From NCBI GenBank assembly GCA_919902765.1, contig CAKKRP010000043.1:22053-86052 (forward strand): a stretch of 64,000 nt of DNA, read 5' to 3'. Positions 21,529 to 31,386 of this stretch are shown in pieces. The notes below the pieces were generated by a model, which worked only from the letters and a program-made list of their open reading frames with translations, searched no databases and had not been told where the DNA came from. Positions within the stretch are counted from its first letter, which is position 1. Each line of letters begins with the position of its first letter. Source of the stretch: Gammaproteobacteria bacterium (lineage in GTDB: Bacteria; Pseudomonadota; Gammaproteobacteria; S012-40). The translations under genes and the position numbers were made by a program.

Positions 21529-24500
21529 GTGTTTTTAAGTCGAAATATTTACGTATCCATATTGGTCACTCTGGAGTTCGCGAGCTTGTCTGCGTACGCC
21601 CAATCGCGCGGCCAAGAGGCGGCGGATCAAGGTATTGCGCATCTGCGTGATAGTAAATTCGAACCCGCGATTGACGCGTTAAAAAAAGCGGTGGATTTAG
21701 ACCCCGCGTTATTGGGCGCATGGGAGGCATTGGGTTTTGGGTATAAAGGTGCCGGGAAATTCGAGCAAGCGATCAAGTGTTGGCAGTTGGTATTAAAACT
21801 GGAGCCAAAGAAGATATCGCTAATTAACGAGATTGCGCGTACGTCGGTTCTGAATGGAGCGCTAGAAAAATCGATTGTTTTTTATAAAAAAAGTCTGGAG
21901 GCTAATTCCGAACAAAATGCAGTGCGTATGGAGTTGGCGGATATCTACGCCAGGCTCGGAAAAAACGCCGAGGCGATTAGGCTATATGTTGCGCTATACA
22001 GTCAAGTTGATTTTATGTTTAAGGCACTCGCCAACTGCGTCGATTTATTGGAAAAAGATGACAAAATCGATAAAGCTATTCATGAAATAGAATATGTTGG
22101 CAAAAAAACCGGCCTTCCATTAGAAATAAAAAGCCGATTGGCGACATTATATACTCGCCAAGGCGATCGGCGATATGAAAAAGTCGATTTTTCAGGCGCA
22201 ATAATGGAATATAACAAGGCCCTTAAGGCGCAGCCGGATAACGTTCAGACGTTGGTGAATTTAGGTTGGGCGTATAGAAGGCTGGATCAGATAAAACCTG
22301 CCATTGATGCTTGGGATCGGTTGCTGAAAATTAATCAGGATGCCGTCAATGTACAGATATATGTTGCGGATGCCCATCATGATTTGGGTGATCGCGCGCG
22401 TTCTATATCCGGGTATACGCGTGCCTGGGACAAGGGTGACCGTATGCAAAGACGCAACATCGCGTATAAGTTGGCGCAAGAATATACGCTAGCAGGCAAA
22501 CCCGAGCAGGTAAAAGATTGGCTCCTGCGGGCGATTGAGCTCTGCGACCAGGATAGTTCATGGCATCGACGCGTCGCCGCTACTTATGTTAGCGCGGGGT
22601 TGATTATAGAGGGCCTTTTACAGTATGAAGAAATACTTTCTTCTCCGGTTGGAAACAACGTAAAAGATTCGCTGGCATACCTTTATGCCGCGCTTGCCGC
22701 CCAGCAGTATAAAGCCCAGGACTACGCGAATTCTGTTATTTCCTTTCATAAGGCGCTGCGCTTAGACAACAAAAACAACCAATATCTACGTGATCTGGGG
22801 TGGGCCTATTGGCAATTGCAAGACTGGAATAAGTGCGAAAAAACCTGGCGGGAACTGGCAGACAATAACCCGCAAAAAGCGGATGCCCAGTCCCTTTTGA
22901 CGCAGTTGTATTTGTATATTGAGCGCTATAGCGACGCCATCGGTTCCGCAAAAAGAAGTTTAGCCCTAAATGACAGTCAACCGGATGAATATTTGCGGTT
23001 GGCGAAGGCGATGTTATTGAGCAATCAATTTAAACCGGTGAAGGCGCTGGCTCTACAGATCGCCAATCGTTATCCGGACAACCAAGCTATTCAAATATTT
23101 TATGCTGAGACGCTCACCCGAATGCGGGAGTTTTCGGACGCCGCGCAACAGTGGTCGAAGCTCATTAAAACGTGTTCAGATCAAGAGCAAATTGCCGGAT
23201 ATCAAAAACGTTGGATGCTAGCTGCGTATGAAACAGGAGCCTACGACGAAGCCATTGCGGTAGCGAAACATTTGGCGAATACACCACATCCGTCAAAACA
23301 GGTTTTTAAATTTATTATCGACGACGCGATGGCATTAGAGAATTATGCTGAAGCGCGCCGGTGGCAGGAAAGACTGGTATATCGCTATCCAAGCGATAGC
23401 AACGCATGGCGCAATCTTTCTAATATCTTGACGAAAACAGGCGCGTGGCGTCAGGCAATCGACATTTTGTTGGATGCATTAGAGCGATTCCCGGATAATT
23501 TGCGACTATCCCTGGATTTAGGAGACCTCTATCTGGCGAACCAAGAACCGGACCGCGCATATAAAGTGTTTGAGGCGTTGTCGATAAATAAAAATAACTT
23601 AGTCGCCCATAACGGTAAGATACGCGCGCTGCTGGCGATGGGACGATATGAAGAAGCGGAAAAGGCGCTAAATGAAACGGATTTTAGCCACGCCAATAGT
23701 ATCGATATGGTATTCAGTCGCGCTGAATTGAAGGTGGCGTCAAATGATCTCGCGGCGGCAGAAGGATATCTCGAAACACTAACCAACGTCCCAAAGGGGG
23801 CTGTTTACGTTCCGGTTTTGCTTTACCATGGTATAAGCAATGGAAGGCGCAGCCGTAATATATTGTTGGAGACCTTTTCAGACCAAATGCGCGCGCTTGC
23901 TGCTGAAGGTTATGAACCTATTACCATGTTGCAATTATCGGACTACGTGGACGGGAAAGCGAACCTGCCCAATAAACCGATTATTATAACGTTTGACGAC
24001 GCCAGATTGGATTCATTTAGATTTGCCGATCCTGTTCTTAAAAAATATAATCTGAAGGCGACGATGTTCGTGCCCACTGAATACCCTATAGATGACCATC
24101 CATTTTTTGCAGATTGGAATATATTGCGACAATATAGCAACAGCGGTCGATGGGATATACAAAGTCACGGTCACTTTGGACATCGTATGGTGCGTGTAAA
24201 TCGCGAGGGCGATCGCGGCGGCTTTTTGGTCAATAAGGAGTGGCTGGAAGATTCAAAACGATATGAAACTTTAGAGGAATATGAAAAGCGTATCAAGGAT
24301 GAGTACGATATAAGTGTACGTCAAATTAAGTCGCATCTTGGCTATGAACCGGTTGCGTTCGCGTTTCCATTTTCCTTGAATGGAGATGATGGAGTAAGTA
24401 ACGTAGAGGATGCCTCGACTATCAATGAGCGGTACTTATTTAAGCATTTCAGATTCGGGTTCATTCAAGAAGGTAGCGGATATAATCTTGTAACAAGCGG

Positions 24501-25704
24501 CGACGCAACGCCACGCATTTTTCGAAGAACAGAGGTTCAAAAACAGTGGTCGGGTGATGAATTGATACGGCATCTAACGCTTAAGCACCCAGTCGTTCAA
24601 GGCCGGTTATCGCTGGCAAAAGCCTATATGTGGTCTGGTAGAATTTCCAAAGCTCGGCGGCTGTTTGAAGATCTCAGCGGTGAAGGCTCTTGGAAAAAAC
24701 AAGAGTCTTCTTATTATTTGGCCTCGCTGGAATATGATTTACAACGTTACCGTTCGGCGCAACAAGCGCTCGAGTCTTCCAATGAAGATAGGCGCATAGT
24801 TCCTAGTGGCGGCGCTGATCGTAGTGATTTGCAAAATAAAATATATTGGAGGATAAATCCCCGGTTTCAGATGAACAGTCTAATTACTCAGGACTCTAAC
24901 GCACGCAAAACACGTCTCTACGATATCACCTATCGTCATCCGCTGACCTTGCCTGTCGATTATTGGGTAAATATCGGCAATATGGTGTTGCAAGAAAATT
25001 CCGGCGCGGAGTTGCGGACACAGCAAGCTGCGTTAGGTCTGGGTACCGACGTACTGAGTAATATGTATGTATCCTGGTGGGCCCGCGCTAGACGTTCCCT
25101 TAATCTGCCGGACACCACAAATGCGTGGGCAAATATTATTTTTCGGCATGACGGCGCATTGGTTCGCGGGTATACCATGCTGGAGGATATAGACACGTAT
25201 GCGGCGCGGCTGCAACGGGTGCAATCCAGGGGCGTAGGGATGACCTATCGCCAAGTATATAACACCGCATGGTCTACCGAAATAAATGGCGAGGTGGCTA
25301 GTTTAAGTGACGGTAATCAACGCTACAATGCTAAAGGCACTATTCTATATCGATTGCCTTCCGCACGACTGTGGCGTATAGGAAGTGAGGCGAACTTCGC
25401 GGATGCTAAATATGACATGATTGATAATCAAAACGCACCATACTATGCGCAAAAAAATATTCGATCAATACAAGGCGTGCTAATGTATGAAAATCGTAGC
25501 GGTAGGTATTTACACATGGGGTTTGAAATGTCGGCAGGATTGGCGCAAGGAGCGCATTTTCAAAATGGAATTATTGGACGAGGGATTTTTGATGTCACGA
25601 TAGAATGGTTTAGACGCGTTAGAACCGGGGCCAATGCCGAATATTATCACGGTACCGATTATAGAAGTGTGCGCGCAGGTGTGGTCGTGGAGGCTAGATT
25701 TTAG
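21529..25704 (+). CDS. Large exopolysaccharide export/modification protein: N-terminal TPR repeats + CE4 polysaccharide deacetylase domain + C-terminal outer-membrane beta-barrel (PgaA/PgaB-like fusion)
   Basis: Signal peptide. About 700 aa of TPR-like repeats. A CE4 domain with canonical …IIITFDDARLDSF… and …SHGHFGH… motifs. A C-terminal about 400-aa alternating-strand region ends …VVVEARF with an OMP-type terminal Phe. Confidence 0.6.
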   Translation: MFLSRNIYVSILVTLEFASLSAYAQSRGQEAADQGIAHLRDSKFEPAIDALKKAVDLDPALLGAWEALGFGYKGAGKFEQAIKCWQLVLKLEPKKISLINEIARTSVLNGALEKSIVFYKKSLEANSEQNAVRMELADIYARLGKNAEAIRLYVALYSQVDFMFKALANCVDLLEKDDKIDKAIHEIEYVGKKTGLPLEIKSRLATLYTRQGDRRYEKVDFSGAIMEYNKALKAQPDNVQTLVNLGWAYRRLDQIKPAIDAWDRLLKINQDAVNVQIYVADAHHDLGDRARSISGYTRAWDKGDRMQRRNIAYKLAQEYTLAGKPEQVKDWLLRAIELCDQDSSWHRRVAATYVSAGLIIEGLLQYEEILSSPVGNNVKDSLAYLYAALAAQQYKAQDYANSVISFHKALRLDNKNNQYLRDLGWAYWQLQDWNKCEKTWRELADNNPQKADAQSLLTQLYLYIERYSDAIGSAKRSLALNDSQPDEYLRLAKAMLLSNQFKPVKALALQIANRYPDNQAIQIFYAETLTRMREFSDAAQQWSKLIKTCSDQEQIAGYQKRWMLAAYETGAYDEAIAVAKHLANTPHPSKQVFKFIIDDAMALENYAEARRWQERLVYRYPSDSNAWRNLSNILTKTGAWRQAIDILLDALERFPDNLRLSLDLGDLYLANQEPDRAYKVFEALSINKNNLVAHNGKIRALLAMGRYEEAEKALNETDFSHANSIDMVFSRAELKVASNDLAAAEGYLETLTNVPKGAVYVPVLLYHGISNGRRSRNILLETFSDQMRALAAEGYEPITMLQLSDYVDGKANLPNKPIIITFDDARLDSFRFADPVLKKYNLKATMFVPTEYPIDDHPFFADWNILRQYSNSGRWDIQSHGHFGHRMVRVNREGDRGGFLVNKEWLEDSKRYETLEEYEKRIKDEYDISVRQIKSHLGYEPVAFAFPFSLNGDDGVSNVEDASTINERYLFKHFRFGFIQEGSGYNLVTSGDATPRIFRRTEVQKQWSGDELIRHLTLKHPVVQGRLSLAKAYMWSGRISKARRLFEDLSGEGSWKKQESSYYLASLEYDLQRYRSAQQALESSNEDRRIVPSGGADRSDLQNKIYWRINPRFQMNSLITQDSNARKTRLYDITYRHPLTLPVDYWVNIGNMVLQENSGAELRTQQAALGLGTDVLSNMYVSWWARARRSLNLPDTTNAWANIIFRHDGALVRGYTMLEDIDTYAARLQRVQSRGVGMTYRQVYNTAWSTEINGEVASLSDGNQRYNAKGTILYRLPSARLWRIGSEANFADAKYDMIDNQNAPYYAQKNIRSIQGVLMYENRSGRYLHMGFEMSAGLAQGAHFQNGIIGRGIFDVTIEWFRRVRTGANAEYYHGTDYRSVRAGVVVEARF

Positions 25705-25739
25705 CGCATTTACTAACGTAGTTCTTAGTAAGCGGAAAA

Positions 25740-26948
25740 TCATTTTTTCGTCTTCAAATAGCGGTTGAGCTCAATCGGTAATTGGGGGTCTTCCCTACCC
25801 AGGCTCCAGAACATTATATTTGTATATCCTAAGGCGTGGATGGTCTTTATTTTCGTCAAAATGGAAATGCTATCCTCGTAGTATGCGGTAAATTGCTTGC
25901 CGTTTTCTTTGTACTTGATGTAGGGGACATTAGAAACGTCCGCGCGAAAACTCTTGGCGTTCGTATTGTTATGTAATATATTCACTTCATCAAATTGAAT
26001 ACCGCGCGTCTGTTCCCCTTCCCAAACTATGCCGCTAAGTTTTAATATCGGAATAATTTTATTTTTTTGACATGTAGTTTCGGCGTATTGTAACACCGAG
26101 CTTATCCATTCTGGAGTGGCGATGGGTCCGGCGCCTGTTTTGCCGCTAAATTGATTATAAAGCATAATTTGCAAGCGATCCGTCACTTCACATAATTCTC
26201 TCCAGTTCATCGCGCCAGCGCCGTTCCAGGCAACGTCTTTGCTTTTGGGCTGCACGGATAACGAGAGTAAAAGTTTATTGCGGTGTAAAGCGCGCGCCAG
26301 TTCTCTAGAAAATTCTGTAAAATAACCACGGTCAGCGATGGAGAGATTTTCATAATCTATATCTATGCCCCGTAAACCAAGCAACCGCGCTAAGTCAACT
26401 ATGTCGTTAATATGACGCGTTCTTTTGTCGCTATCGGCAAGTAAGGAATGAACGATATGCGGGTCCTTCAGTTGCGTTTGACCTGTTGTCGTCGCCGATA
26501 CATCGTTTACTATAGTAAGCCAATAGCGTGAATTGGAATTTCCAGTTGAGCGCGCTTCTAATATATTCGTGAGCTTAGGGTTTGCAAATGCAATCTCACC
26601 TTTGTCCGTGAGCTGCGCGGCGAAGTAAAATACATCAAATAAATTTTCATAGGCGCGCATCGCATGGTGACCGTTAGGCAAGTCCCAGTAGGTTAGCCAC
26701 GCGCCGATTTTTAACAAGCCCGGATCGTCACCTTCCCTAGCCTCAATTGTGCCAGCAGAAAATATAGTACAAACAAGAATTACGCAACCGCATAGCCTAC
26801 GGAGGATGGTGTCCATAACGACTAGTAGACTAAAAAGAGGTTGAGGCGCATATTCATGCCTTGTTGTTTTTTTGAGTGTGATATTGTACGACGACATTAT
26901 AATCTTCAAATATCGCCCACAACAGAAACAGATATCCGGCCGCTGCAA
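25740..26948 (-). CDS. GH18-like glycoside hydrolase (chitinase-fold) with signal/anchor sequence
   Basis: …LGLRGIDIDYENL… matches the GH18 DxxDxDxE catalytic motif; N-terminal hydrophobic segment; convergent with the exopolysaccharide genes. Confidence 0.5.
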   Translation of the reverse strand: MQRPDICFCCGRYLKIIMSSYNITLKKTTRHEYAPQPLFSLLVVMDTILRRLCGCVILVCTIFSAGTIEAREGDDPGLLKIGAWLTYWDLPNGHHAMRAYENLFDVFYFAAQLTDKGEIAFANPKLTNILEARSTGNSNSRYWLTIVNDVSATTTGQTQLKDPHIVHSLLADSDKRTRHINDIVDLARLLGLRGIDIDYENLSIADRGYFTEFSRELARALHRNKLLLSLSVQPKSKDVAWNGAGAMNWRELCEVTDRLQIMLYNQFSGKTGAGPIATPEWISSVLQYAETTCQKNKIIPILKLSGIVWEGEQTRGIQFDEVNILHNNTNAKSFRADVSNVPYIKYKENGKQFTAYYEDSISILTKIKTIHALGYTNIMFWSLGREDPQLPIELNRYLKTKK

Positions 26949-27222
26949 GCGGTCTCGATAGCCATAATCCCGCCATAATCGCCGTGACGCCTGCCAATGT
27001 GTAAATCAACGGCCTGTTAAAACGATGTGTACGATAGCTGCTATAGACACCTATTGTCACTACCCCTAAAGTGAAGATCAGTGCGGGTATAAGTAACGCA
27101 TCATTCAATAAATATTCCGCGCCTTGTGTGCGCACATAAACAATAACCGGTGCAACGCTAAAGGCGATGGCCCCTATGATCGCGCAAAAAAAATATCCCG
27201 TAAACTGAATAAAAAAATTCAT
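26854..27222 (-). CDS. Small integral membrane protein (4 predicted TM helices), hypothetical
   Basis: 122-aa hydrophobic ORF directly upstream of, and overlapping, the GH18-like gene on the minus strand; no recognisable motifs. Confidence 0.35.
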   Translation of the reverse strand: MNFFIQFTGYFFCAIIGAIAFSVAPVIVYVRTQGAEYLLNDALLIPALIFTLGVVTIGVYSSYRTHRFNRPLIYTLAGVTAIMAGLWLSRPLAAAGYLFLLWAIFEDYNVVVQYHTQKNNKA

Positions 27223-27282
27223 CCCGCCACCCTCGCCTCGATATTCGAATATTTCGATGCGGGTGATTATAACCTTAAAGGA

Positions 27283-28296
27283 CTACAAGGGGAAATGGCA
27301 CGCGACTTTATGCCCTGAGGCGCAATCTTGTAACGTTGGGGACTGCTGAGTACATGCTTGGGGTTGCCCTTTTTCGGCAAACACGGGGCACCGTGGGGCG
27401 AAACGACAGCCCTTGTCTTCCTCCGTAAAATCAAACACATCCCATGCCGCACCGGCCTTGGCATTGTGTTGTTGCACCTTGAGCGCGGCGGCGCTTTGTT
27501 TGACATGCAGGGATGACCACAGGATTTCAGTATACGGATGACGCGGGTGTTGCGCGACTTTTTTGGCGTCGCCGATTTCAACGATACGCCCCAGATACAT
27601 TACCGCCACGCGATGGCTGACCAGTTCCATTAAGCGCAAATCGTGCGTAATAAACAGATATGACAAACCTAATTGTTTTTGCAAATCCACCATCAAATTG
27701 ATCACCTGCGCTTGTATCGAGACATCGAGTGCGCTTGTGGGCTCGTCGGCGACGATAAATTTCGGGTTTACCGATAGCGTGCGGGCGATGCCGACGCGGC
27801 GTTTTTCACCGCCCGATAATTCCGATGGAAAATTGGACAGTTTGTTTTTTTTCAGATTGACCATTTCCAGCAATTCGTACATGCGTGCGGTGACGGCACT
27901 GTCATCTAAATGTTTGTTGTGGATTTTGATGGTCTCGCCGAGTATTTGGCCGATGCGCATTTTTGGATTCAATGCCGCGTCCAAATCTTGGAATATCATT
28001 TGGATCTTAGAACGCATAGGCCTGAATTCACGATTCGACATCGGTACTATGTCAATGCCATCATAAACAATATTGCCCGAGCTGGGTTGAGAAAGCTTCA
28101 AAATCAGCTTACCGGTAGTCGTTTTTCCACACCCCGACTCGCCGACTAAACCTAAGGTTTCATGAGTATTCACGTCAAAACTGACGCCGTCCACTGCGGG
28201 TATGGTCTGGCGTTGCATGAACGACATCAAACCCTTGCCCTGTATAAAATGCTTCTTTAAGTCAGTGACTTTTAATATGGCGTCGCCCATATCCAT
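27283..28296 (-). CDS. ABC transporter ATP-binding protein (oligopeptide/dipeptide, OppF/DppF-like)
   Basis: Walker A GESGCGKTT, ABC signature LSGGEKRRVGIAR, Walker B FIVADEPTSALD, C-terminal Cys-rich oligopeptide extension. Confidence 0.85.
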   Translation of the reverse strand: MDMGDAILKVTDLKKHFIQGKGLMSFMQRQTIPAVDGVSFDVNTHETLGLVGESGCGKTTTGKLILKLSQPSSGNIVYDGIDIVPMSNREFRPMRSKIQMIFQDLDAALNPKMRIGQILGETIKIHNKHLDDSAVTARMYELLEMVNLKKNKLSNFPSELSGGEKRRVGIARTLSVNPKFIVADEPTSALDVSIQAQVINLMVDLQKQLGLSYLFITHDLRLMELVSHRVAVMYLGRIVEIGDAKKVAQHPRHPYTEILWSSLHVKQSAAALKVQQHNAKAGAAWDVFDFTEEDKGCRFAPRCPVFAEKGQPQACTQQSPTLQDCASGHKVACHFPL

Positions 28297-28326
28297 ACTC
28301 CTGAATCGCTCTCGTTAGCCACGCGC

Positions 28327-29430
28327 CTAAACACCTGCAAAATGCCAACATCTGATCTTGTGCCCGTCAGAGACGGTTGCCAACGGGGGTTCTTCATTGA
28401 GGCACATCTTTTCTATAGACTTATTAATGCGTTGACAGCGCGATGCGAAACGACAACCACGTGGAACGTTTATCGTGTCTAATACTTCGCCGTCGATAGA
28501 ATTTAAATGCCCTTGGCTAGACATATTGTCCTCCCTGGGTATAGATTTTAACAACGCCTCGGTATAAGGATGCGATTTTCCATCCGCGTGATCGATCACG
28601 GCTTGCGCAGGGCCGGATTCCATGACACGCCCGCCATACATCACGGCGATTTTATTCGACAGCCGCCCTATTACACCCATATCATGGCTGATCAGCACGA
28701 TGGTCACCCCGGTTTGGGCGCGCAATTCTTCCAATAAATCGGCAATGCGTGCTTGTATCGTCGCATCCAACCCGGTGGTGGGTTCATCGGCGATGAGCAA
28801 TTTCGCCTCCGATGACAAGGCGGTCGCGATCATCGCACGCTGACACATACCACCGGAAAGTCCGTAGGGATAGTTGTAAAAACGCAGTTGGGGTGAATCT
28901 ATTTTAACGCGTTCCAACCAGTATAAGGCGCGCTCTTTGGCCTCTTTGCGACTTTTATATTGCGTGTGGCGTGTAATGTTCTCGACAATTTGGTGGCCGA
29001 TGGTGAAAAACGGATTCATCGCCGATTTAGGATTTTGAAAAATCATGGCGATTTCTTTGCCGCGTATGCCTAGCATGTTTTTTTCTAATCTGCGTTGCCA
29101 TGCCAAATCCGTTTTTTCTACGCTCATGATACGTCCATCGTTTTTAGACACTTGCACATGATCCTGTAAACCCGCCAGCAGATTAATACGCGCCTGTTCT
29201 TGCTGATACCACACCTGACCGGTAATGATACCAGGCCGCGCCGCAATGAGCCCCATGATGGACAGCATGCTGACGCTCTTGCCGCTACCGCTTTCGCCAA
29301 CAATGCCTAAGGTGTCGCCTTTGTTTACCTCCAAATCTACGCCGTCTACGGAGCGTATAAAGGCCTGTTTGGTGCGCGAATAAAAATAGGTGCGTAGTTC
29401 TTCAATTTTCAACAACGGGGAATTGTTCAT
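28327..29430 (-). CDS. ABC transporter ATP-binding protein (OppD/DppD-like)
   Basis: Walker A GESGSGKSV, signature LSGGMCQRAMIA, Walker B LLIADEPTTGLD, C-terminal extension with Cys cluster. Confidence 0.85.
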   Translation of the reverse strand: MNNSPLLKIEELRTYFYSRTKQAFIRSVDGVDLEVNKGDTLGIVGESGSGKSVSMLSIMGLIAARPGIITGQVWYQQEQARINLLAGLQDHVQVSKNDGRIMSVEKTDLAWQRRLEKNMLGIRGKEIAMIFQNPKSAMNPFFTIGHQIVENITRHTQYKSRKEAKERALYWLERVKIDSPQLRFYNYPYGLSGGMCQRAMIATALSSEAKLLIADEPTTGLDATIQARIADLLEELRAQTGVTIVLISHDMGVIGRLSNKIAVMYGGRVMESGPAQAVIDHADGKSHPYTEALLKSIPREDNMSSQGHLNSIDGEVLDTINVPRGCRFASRCQRINKSIEKMCLNEEPPLATVSDGHKIRCWHFAGV

Positions 29431-30320
29431 GATTGGCGCTTCCCTTCTAGCATATTATTTAGACCGTCACCTAACAAATAGAAGCCTAACACGGTGAACA
29501 TGATCGCCATGGCCGGGATGGTAGACGACCACAATTGGCCTTGTAATAAATAATTCGCGCCTTGTTGCACCATGTTGCCCCACGAAGGCGTGGGCTCCTG
29601 AACGCCGAATCCCAAATAACTCAAGGCGCTTTCCAACAAGATGGCCTCGCCCATGCCTAAAGTGGCTTGAATAATCAAATAACTTCTACAGTTGAACCAT
29701 AGGATATGTTTGAAAATTATTCTCGCATCCGGAATGCCCAACGCGATTGCAGACTCCACAAAGTTTTTTTGGCGCAACATGGATATTTTTCCTTTTATCA
29801 GTTGCGACACCAGCGGCGCGTTTGTGACACCCAATACCATCATGATGTAATAGATATCGGGTTTAAAAGCGGCAACCACCAGCAACATCAATATCAAACG
29901 CGGAAACGAATCTATAATATTCGTAATATAAGTGACTACCGTTTCATATTTGTTCCCATAATAGCCGCTCAAAATACCGAATATTCCACCGAGCAGGATG
30001 GCCACCGCAATGTACATCAAACCGGGAACGAAATACGCTTTGATGACGAGTATTAAGCGGGGCAGCGTGTCGCGGCCCATGAAATCCGTGCCCAATAAAT
30101 GGCCCGGAGCGCCCGGACCCGCGAGCATTAGCTCTAACTGCATTTCCTCGGGGTCATGCGGCAACCATCCGAATATCGCCATCAAATAGGCGCAGACCAC
30201 CATTAACAATATAACGATGCCGTATACGACATAGGCAATATCGCGTTTATCCGTGCGCTGCAAAATGCTGAGCTCGGAATACTCGCTGACGGTTGTTTGC
30301 GTTTGCGCATATTGGGTCAT
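29427..30320 (-). CDS. ABC transporter permease (OppC/DppC-like)
   Basis: 297-aa polytopic membrane protein with the EAA-like loop region (…ESAIALGIPDARIIFKHILW…); 4-nt overlap with the downstream ATPase gene. Confidence 0.8.
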   Translation of the reverse strand: MTQYAQTQTTVSEYSELSILQRTDKRDIAYVVYGIVILLMVVCAYLMAIFGWLPHDPEEMQLELMLAGPGAPGHLLGTDFMGRDTLPRLILVIKAYFVPGLMYIAVAILLGGIFGILSGYYGNKYETVVTYITNIIDSFPRLILMLLVVAAFKPDIYYIMMVLGVTNAPLVSQLIKGKISMLRQKNFVESAIALGIPDARIIFKHILWFNCRSYLIIQATLGMGEAILLESALSYLGFGVQEPTPSWGNMVQQGANYLLQGQLWSSTIPAMAIMFTVLGFYLLGDGLNNMLEGKRQS

Positions 30321-30333
30321 TCGCCGTTACCTT

Positions 30334-31320
30334 TTAGCTCGTCTTGGTTTCTTGAGAGGCGCGTGGATTGACTATTACGTATAGTGTTTTTTGAAGTAAA
30401 CTTGTCAATCGCACGATCAAGGCCGTGACCAAGGTGATACACATGATCACAGGGTAGTCACGATCTTGGGCCGCTTGCCAGGCCATACGTCCTATGCCCG
30501 GCCAATTGAAGATTTGTTCTACGATGATGGCGCCGCCAATCACAAAAGGTATTTTCGATGCGATCATTTCGCTCACCGGGATAATCAATGCCTCGGTCAG
30601 CGCGTGTTTCCACACCGATACGCCCTTCGCGCGCGCCGTTCTGACATAATCTTCGCTGAATACACGCGATATCTCGTCGCGCAAAAAACGTACGGTCTCA
30701 CTGATAATGCCGCTACCCAGTCCAAGCATAAATACCGGCAACATCATTTGTGTGAAATTCATAGACTCGCCCGTTGCGAGGCCTATAGGCAGGGTGTTAA
30801 AAAATCGTGTGTAGATATAAATGACGATGTAGGCAGACCAAAATAGCGGTACCGCCGAGGTTGTATACGCAAACATCATCAGTACCCAACCGAGCCTATC
30901 TGTGCCGCGCTTGGCGAGATAAATGGCGATTGGTAACGCGATCATTAATGAAAAAAACATGGCCCCAAAGGTCAGATAAAAGGTATTTTTAGCCAGTTTT
31001 GTCACCTCACCGAGCACGGGTTGCCCCGAACGCAAAGAAGTGCCAAAATCGCCGTTAAATAATTTAACCAACCATGACCAATATTGGCCGTACCAGGTGT
31101 TTGAAATACCTAAATTCCGCATCATTTCTTCACGCTGCGCGTCAGACAGAACTTGCCCGCCGAACACGGCCGCCAGTGGATCGCCTGGCGCGGAATATAA
31201 CACCGCGAATACCACCAAGCTGACGCCGATTAATAAGAAAAAGGTGACATATAGCTCACGGGTGAGATATAGAACAACGGGCTTTGCAGATCTCGACACC
31301 ATCATTTGTGTGACCATCAA
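30334..31320 (-). CDS. ABC transporter permease (OppB/DppB-like)
   Basis: 328-aa membrane protein, …ARAKGVSVWKHALTEALIP… EAA-motif region typical of OppB/DppB permeases. Confidence 0.8.
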   Translation of the reverse strand: MMVTQMMVSRSAKPVVLYLTRELYVTFFLLIGVSLVVFAVLYSAPGDPLAAVFGGQVLSDAQREEMMRNLGISNTWYGQYWSWLVKLFNGDFGTSLRSGQPVLGEVTKLAKNTFYLTFGAMFFSLMIALPIAIYLAKRGTDRLGWVLMMFAYTTSAVPLFWSAYIVIYIYTRFFNTLPIGLATGESMNFTQMMLPVFMLGLGSGIISETVRFLRDEISRVFSEDYVRTARAKGVSVWKHALTEALIIPVSEMIASKIPFVIGGAIIVEQIFNWPGIGRMAWQAAQDRDYPVIMCITLVTALIVRLTSLLQKTLYVIVNPRASQETKTS

Positions 31321-31386
31321 CCTCTTTAGGCGACACCCAAACCGGCGTATAGCCGATCTGCGTGTCGAGATAGAATCGGTGTATGT

